Below the pieces are notes generated by a model. The model searched no databases. It saw nothing but the letters and a program-made list of their open reading frames with translations, and was not told where the DNA came from. Below are positions 60,595 through 64,000 of a stretch of DNA of 64,000 bases, in pieces. Made by a program: the position numbers and the translations under genes. Origin of the DNA: Eledone cirrhosa (taxonomy: Eukaryota); the NCBI GenBank assembly GCA_964016885.1, contig OZ024759.1:37138001-37202000 (forward strand). The letters are read 5' to 3'. Numbering within the stretch: the stretch's first letter is position 1; each line of letters begins with the position of its first letter.

Positions 60595-60730
60595 ACTGAC
60601 TCGTTAGGACGTTGGATGATAAAACAATGTTTCTGCCTTTCTGTGATTTGAGTTCAAGACCTGCCTATATCAACCTTGTCTTTCGTTGAGGTCGATAAAT
60701 AAAGTTCCATTCCAATATTGGGGTCGATTC
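60595..60730 (+). mobile_element. Old, diverged SINE family 1 copy
   Basis: tcgttaggacgttgga ... gagttcaagacctgcc ... gtctttcgttgaggtcgataaataaagttcca ... ggggtcgatt. Confidence 0.55.
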
Positions 60731-60857
60731 TTCATAAATATCGCTTCATAAACTCCCTCTCTCTCCTTTATCTCTCCCCTCTCTATCTCTCCTTTCTCTC
60801 TCTCTCCTCTCTCTCTCTCTCTCCCTCTCTCTCTCCTCCCTCTCTCCACCTCTCTTT

Positions 60858-61080
60858 CGGCCTAGTGGTTAGGTTGTTGGAATTTCGTTTCATTATGTCA
60901 CGGGTTCAATAATTCGACTGGGTTGTGCCTTGTTTTCTTGAGCAAAACATTTTATTTTCTGTTACCCTACTCACCTCAACTGAAAATGTATAGCATCTGG
61001 AGATTAAGCCTGCGATGGACTGGCGTCCTGTCCATGAGGCTGTCTTGTACTCACAGATGCTTCCCACTAATGATATCTGG
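60858..61080 (+). mobile_element. tRNA-derived SINE with a CORE-like central domain (family 3)
   Basis: A-box ggcctagtggttagg, B-box-like gggttcaat, CORE-like ttcttgagcaaaacattttatt, 3' cctgcgatggactggcgtcctgtcc. Confidence 0.65.
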
Positions 61081-62794
61081 ATTGAGTTTCGGGTTTGGAA
61101 TAGTCTTTAACTTTTATAGAACTACCTCTCGTGATACTATGATCCTTTCCTCTTTCTAAACGATAGAATGTGAACTTTGAGGAGTTTGGAGTCAGACTGT
61201 GTGACTCGTGCAGTGGCCCTTTATTGGAGCCAATATGTCAGGGTTAGACAAAGAACCCGACGCTGTTGGGGGAGACGTAGTCGTGATGTATATGTTCTGT
61301 TGCTGAGTTGGGGAGGTCTTCATTGCAATAATGGTTTTTTGTAGTGCCGTAGTTTCTGTTGTTGGTGGTATTGGTGATGGTAGTAGTGGTGGTGGTGGTG
61401 GTGGTGGTGGTAGTGGTGTTAGTGGTGGTAGTGATAGTGGTAGTAGTGGTGGTGTGTAGTGGTGGTGGTGGTGGTGGTGGTGGTGGTGGTGGTGGTGGTA
61501 GTAGTGGTGGTGGTGGTGGTAGTAGTAGTGGTAGTGGTCGTCGTAGATATTTTTTTTTGTGTTATTGTAGTTGGAATAGGGGTGTTGTTGTTGTGGTGGT
61601 GATGTTGGTGTAGCTCTTAGCGGTGTTGTCTTAGTAGTGGTGTTGGAGGTACTGATAGTGGTAGTGTTGGTGGGGGGACGATGATGTTGGTGCTCGTGGT
61701 GATGGTGGAGGTAGTGGTGGTGGTAGTTTTGATGTAGTAGCAATATGTCCCTTGTTATACGGACCAAGTGACACAACTAATCAATCAATTTATTACTGAC
61801 AACAAAATCGAACAATTAATATTTCTTCTTCTTCTCCTTTTCTTCTTCTTCTTTCACTTTCACTTTCACTATCTCCATCGCTTCGTTTCGTCGTTTTATT
61901 CCTTTTCAATTCGTCCTAAATTTCTTTCTTTTCATCTCCATTTTCGTTCAATTATTCATTCAAATATCATCAGCAGCAGCAGCATTATTACTATCATCGT
62001 TATTATTATTGTTGTTGTTTTATATATATAGTTATATATATAACTATTATCATATTTATTGTTGTTGTTGTGTTCGTTATTTTCTTATCTTTTCTTTTTC
62101 ATTTTCTTCATCCATTGATCTTTTTATCCCCCCCCCCCCCCCCTCCCCCTCCCTCTCTCCACAAATTTTCGATATATTTTTTTTTCTATTTTTTCATTAA
62201 TTTTTTTTTCCGCTTTTATCTTTTTTTTTGTATGCTCTAGTTTTTCTATTTTTGTATGTGTTATTATTATTATTATTTTTTATTTGTTTTGTTTTGTAAT
62301 ATTCTTTTTCATTTGCCTTGTCTCAGTCCTTCACCGCAATTGCCGCCAACACACCGCCACCACGACTACCACCAACACACCACCACAACCTCCAACACAC
62401 CCCACCACCACCACCTCCAACACACCGCCACCACTACCTCCAACATAACCTCACCACCTTTAACATACCACCACCTCCAACGCACCGCCACTACAACCTC
62501 CAACATAACATCACCACCACCACCACCTTTGACATACCACCACTACCACAACAACAACCTCCAACACACCACCACCACCTCAAATACCAACATATCGCCG
62601 CTACCAGTACCACCAACAACAACAAACCCTGTCTTTCTAACATACCACCACCACCATCGCCAACACCCCATCGCCTTCAACACCACGACCACCACCCCGC
62701 CACCACCTCCCTTCTAACATATTTCGCTTATTAACCATTCTTTCTGAATCTTCCATGTTTTTCTCTCATCTGTCTCTTTGTATTCTTTATTTTA

Positions 62795-63285
62795 CATCTC
62801 TCCCTCTCTCTCTCTCTCTTTCTCTCTCTCTCACACACCCTCTCTCTCACACACCCTCTCTCTCACACACCCTCTCTCTCACACACCCTCTCTCACACTC
62901 TCTCTCTCGCACTCTCCCTCTCACACCCCCTCTCCCTCTCACATACCCCCTCCCTCTCACACCCTCTCCCTCTCACACCACCCTCTCCCTCTCACACACC
63001 CTCTCCCTCTCACACACCCTCTCCCTCTCACCACACCCTCTCTCACACTCTCTCTCACACACCCTCTCTCACTCTCTCTCCCACACACCCTCTCTCTCTC
63101 TCACTCACCCTCTCTCTCACTCACCCTCTCCTCTCACTCACCCTCTCTCTCTCACAGCCTCTCTCTCTCTCACAGCCTCTCTCTCTCACACAGCCTCTCC
63201 TCTCTCTCACCCTCACTCTCTCACACCATCTATCACATCCTTTCTCACATCCTCTCACACTCTCACTCTCACACTTTCTCTCTAC
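62795..63285. repeat. (CT)/(CA) compound low-complexity tract (ctctcacacaccct units)
   Basis: Direct reading. Confidence 0.9.
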
Positions 63286-63470
63286 ACAAAATACATGTTC
63301 ATACACACACACATATATATATAGAGAGAGAGACATACACATACGTACACACACATATAGACTCAGTTACACACATTTGGGTTCATTCCTTCTTTAGCCT
63401 CATCACTATCACGTGTCTTTTCTTCTGATTATTATTATTACTTTACATCTGTCTCAAGCCCCTTTTTTCG

Positions 63471-63511
63471 ATATGTATATATATATACGTATATATATGT
63501 ATATATATATG

Positions 63512-63548
<37 letters not shown>

Positions 63549-63549
63549 G

Positions 63550-63580
<31 letters not shown>

Positions 63581-63593
63581 GTATATATATATG

Positions 63594-63626
<33 letters not shown>

Positions 63627-63643
63627 GTATATATATATGTATG

Positions 63644-63675
<32 letters not shown>

Positions 63676-63771
63676 GTAATAATATGTATATAATATATAT
63701 ACATATATGTATATATATTATATACATATATATATATATACATATACATATATATATATATACATATATAC

Positions 63772-63806
<35 letters not shown>

Positions 63807-63815
63807 CATATATAC

Positions 63816-63848
<33 letters not shown>

Positions 63849-63951
63849 CATATATACATATTATATACATACATATATATATATACATATATACATATAT
63901 ATATACATACATATATATATATACATATATACATATATATATATACATACA

Positions 63952-63983
<32 letters not shown>

Positions 63984-64000
63984 CATACATATATATATAC
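63471..64000. repeat. (TA)n array, G-interrupted then C-interrupted halves
   Basis: Direct reading; polarity switches at ~63680-63720. Confidence 0.96.

Noticed and set aside
60858-60920. Possible tRNA gene
   Set aside because: A/B boxes present but no cloverleaf; continues into a SINE body.
61192-61776. 194-aa His/Pro/Thr-rich minus ORF
   Set aside because: Mostly triplet repeats; the unique C-terminal part has no recognisable motif.

Overview
Eukaryotic, gene-poor window. Roughly half is simple repeat: (TA)n/(TATG)n/(CA)n/(CT)n and CAC/CAA triplets. No intact host gene is supportable, and almost all listed ORFs are artefacts of stop-free microsatellites. The SINE families and repeat make-up look most like a coleoid cephalopod (Octopus); this is recognition by eye, not a database result. 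The non-repetitive islands hold 3'-terminal fragments of non-LTR retrotransposons from several clades (RTE x5, CRE-like, R4/Dong-like x2), about 11 tRNA-type SINE copies, MITE-like inverted repeats and several minisatellites. The most notable signal is a set of type I hammerhead-ribozyme (HHR) motifs of the Penelope/retrozyme kind. Near-complete ones are at 5453(+), 5606(-), 34346(-) and 58114(+); degenerate ones are at 33535 and 40108. Recurrent short elements also fold half an HHR back on itself into a 25-60 bp near-perfect hairpin (5424, 39807, 42183, 45206). Also notable: 13 YY1/Pho-type CGCCATNTT motifs, a phased nuclear-receptor DR4 cluster and a 134-bp higher-order array of RGGTCA-containing inverted repeats. 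All coordinates were read by hand; element ends may be off by a few bases.
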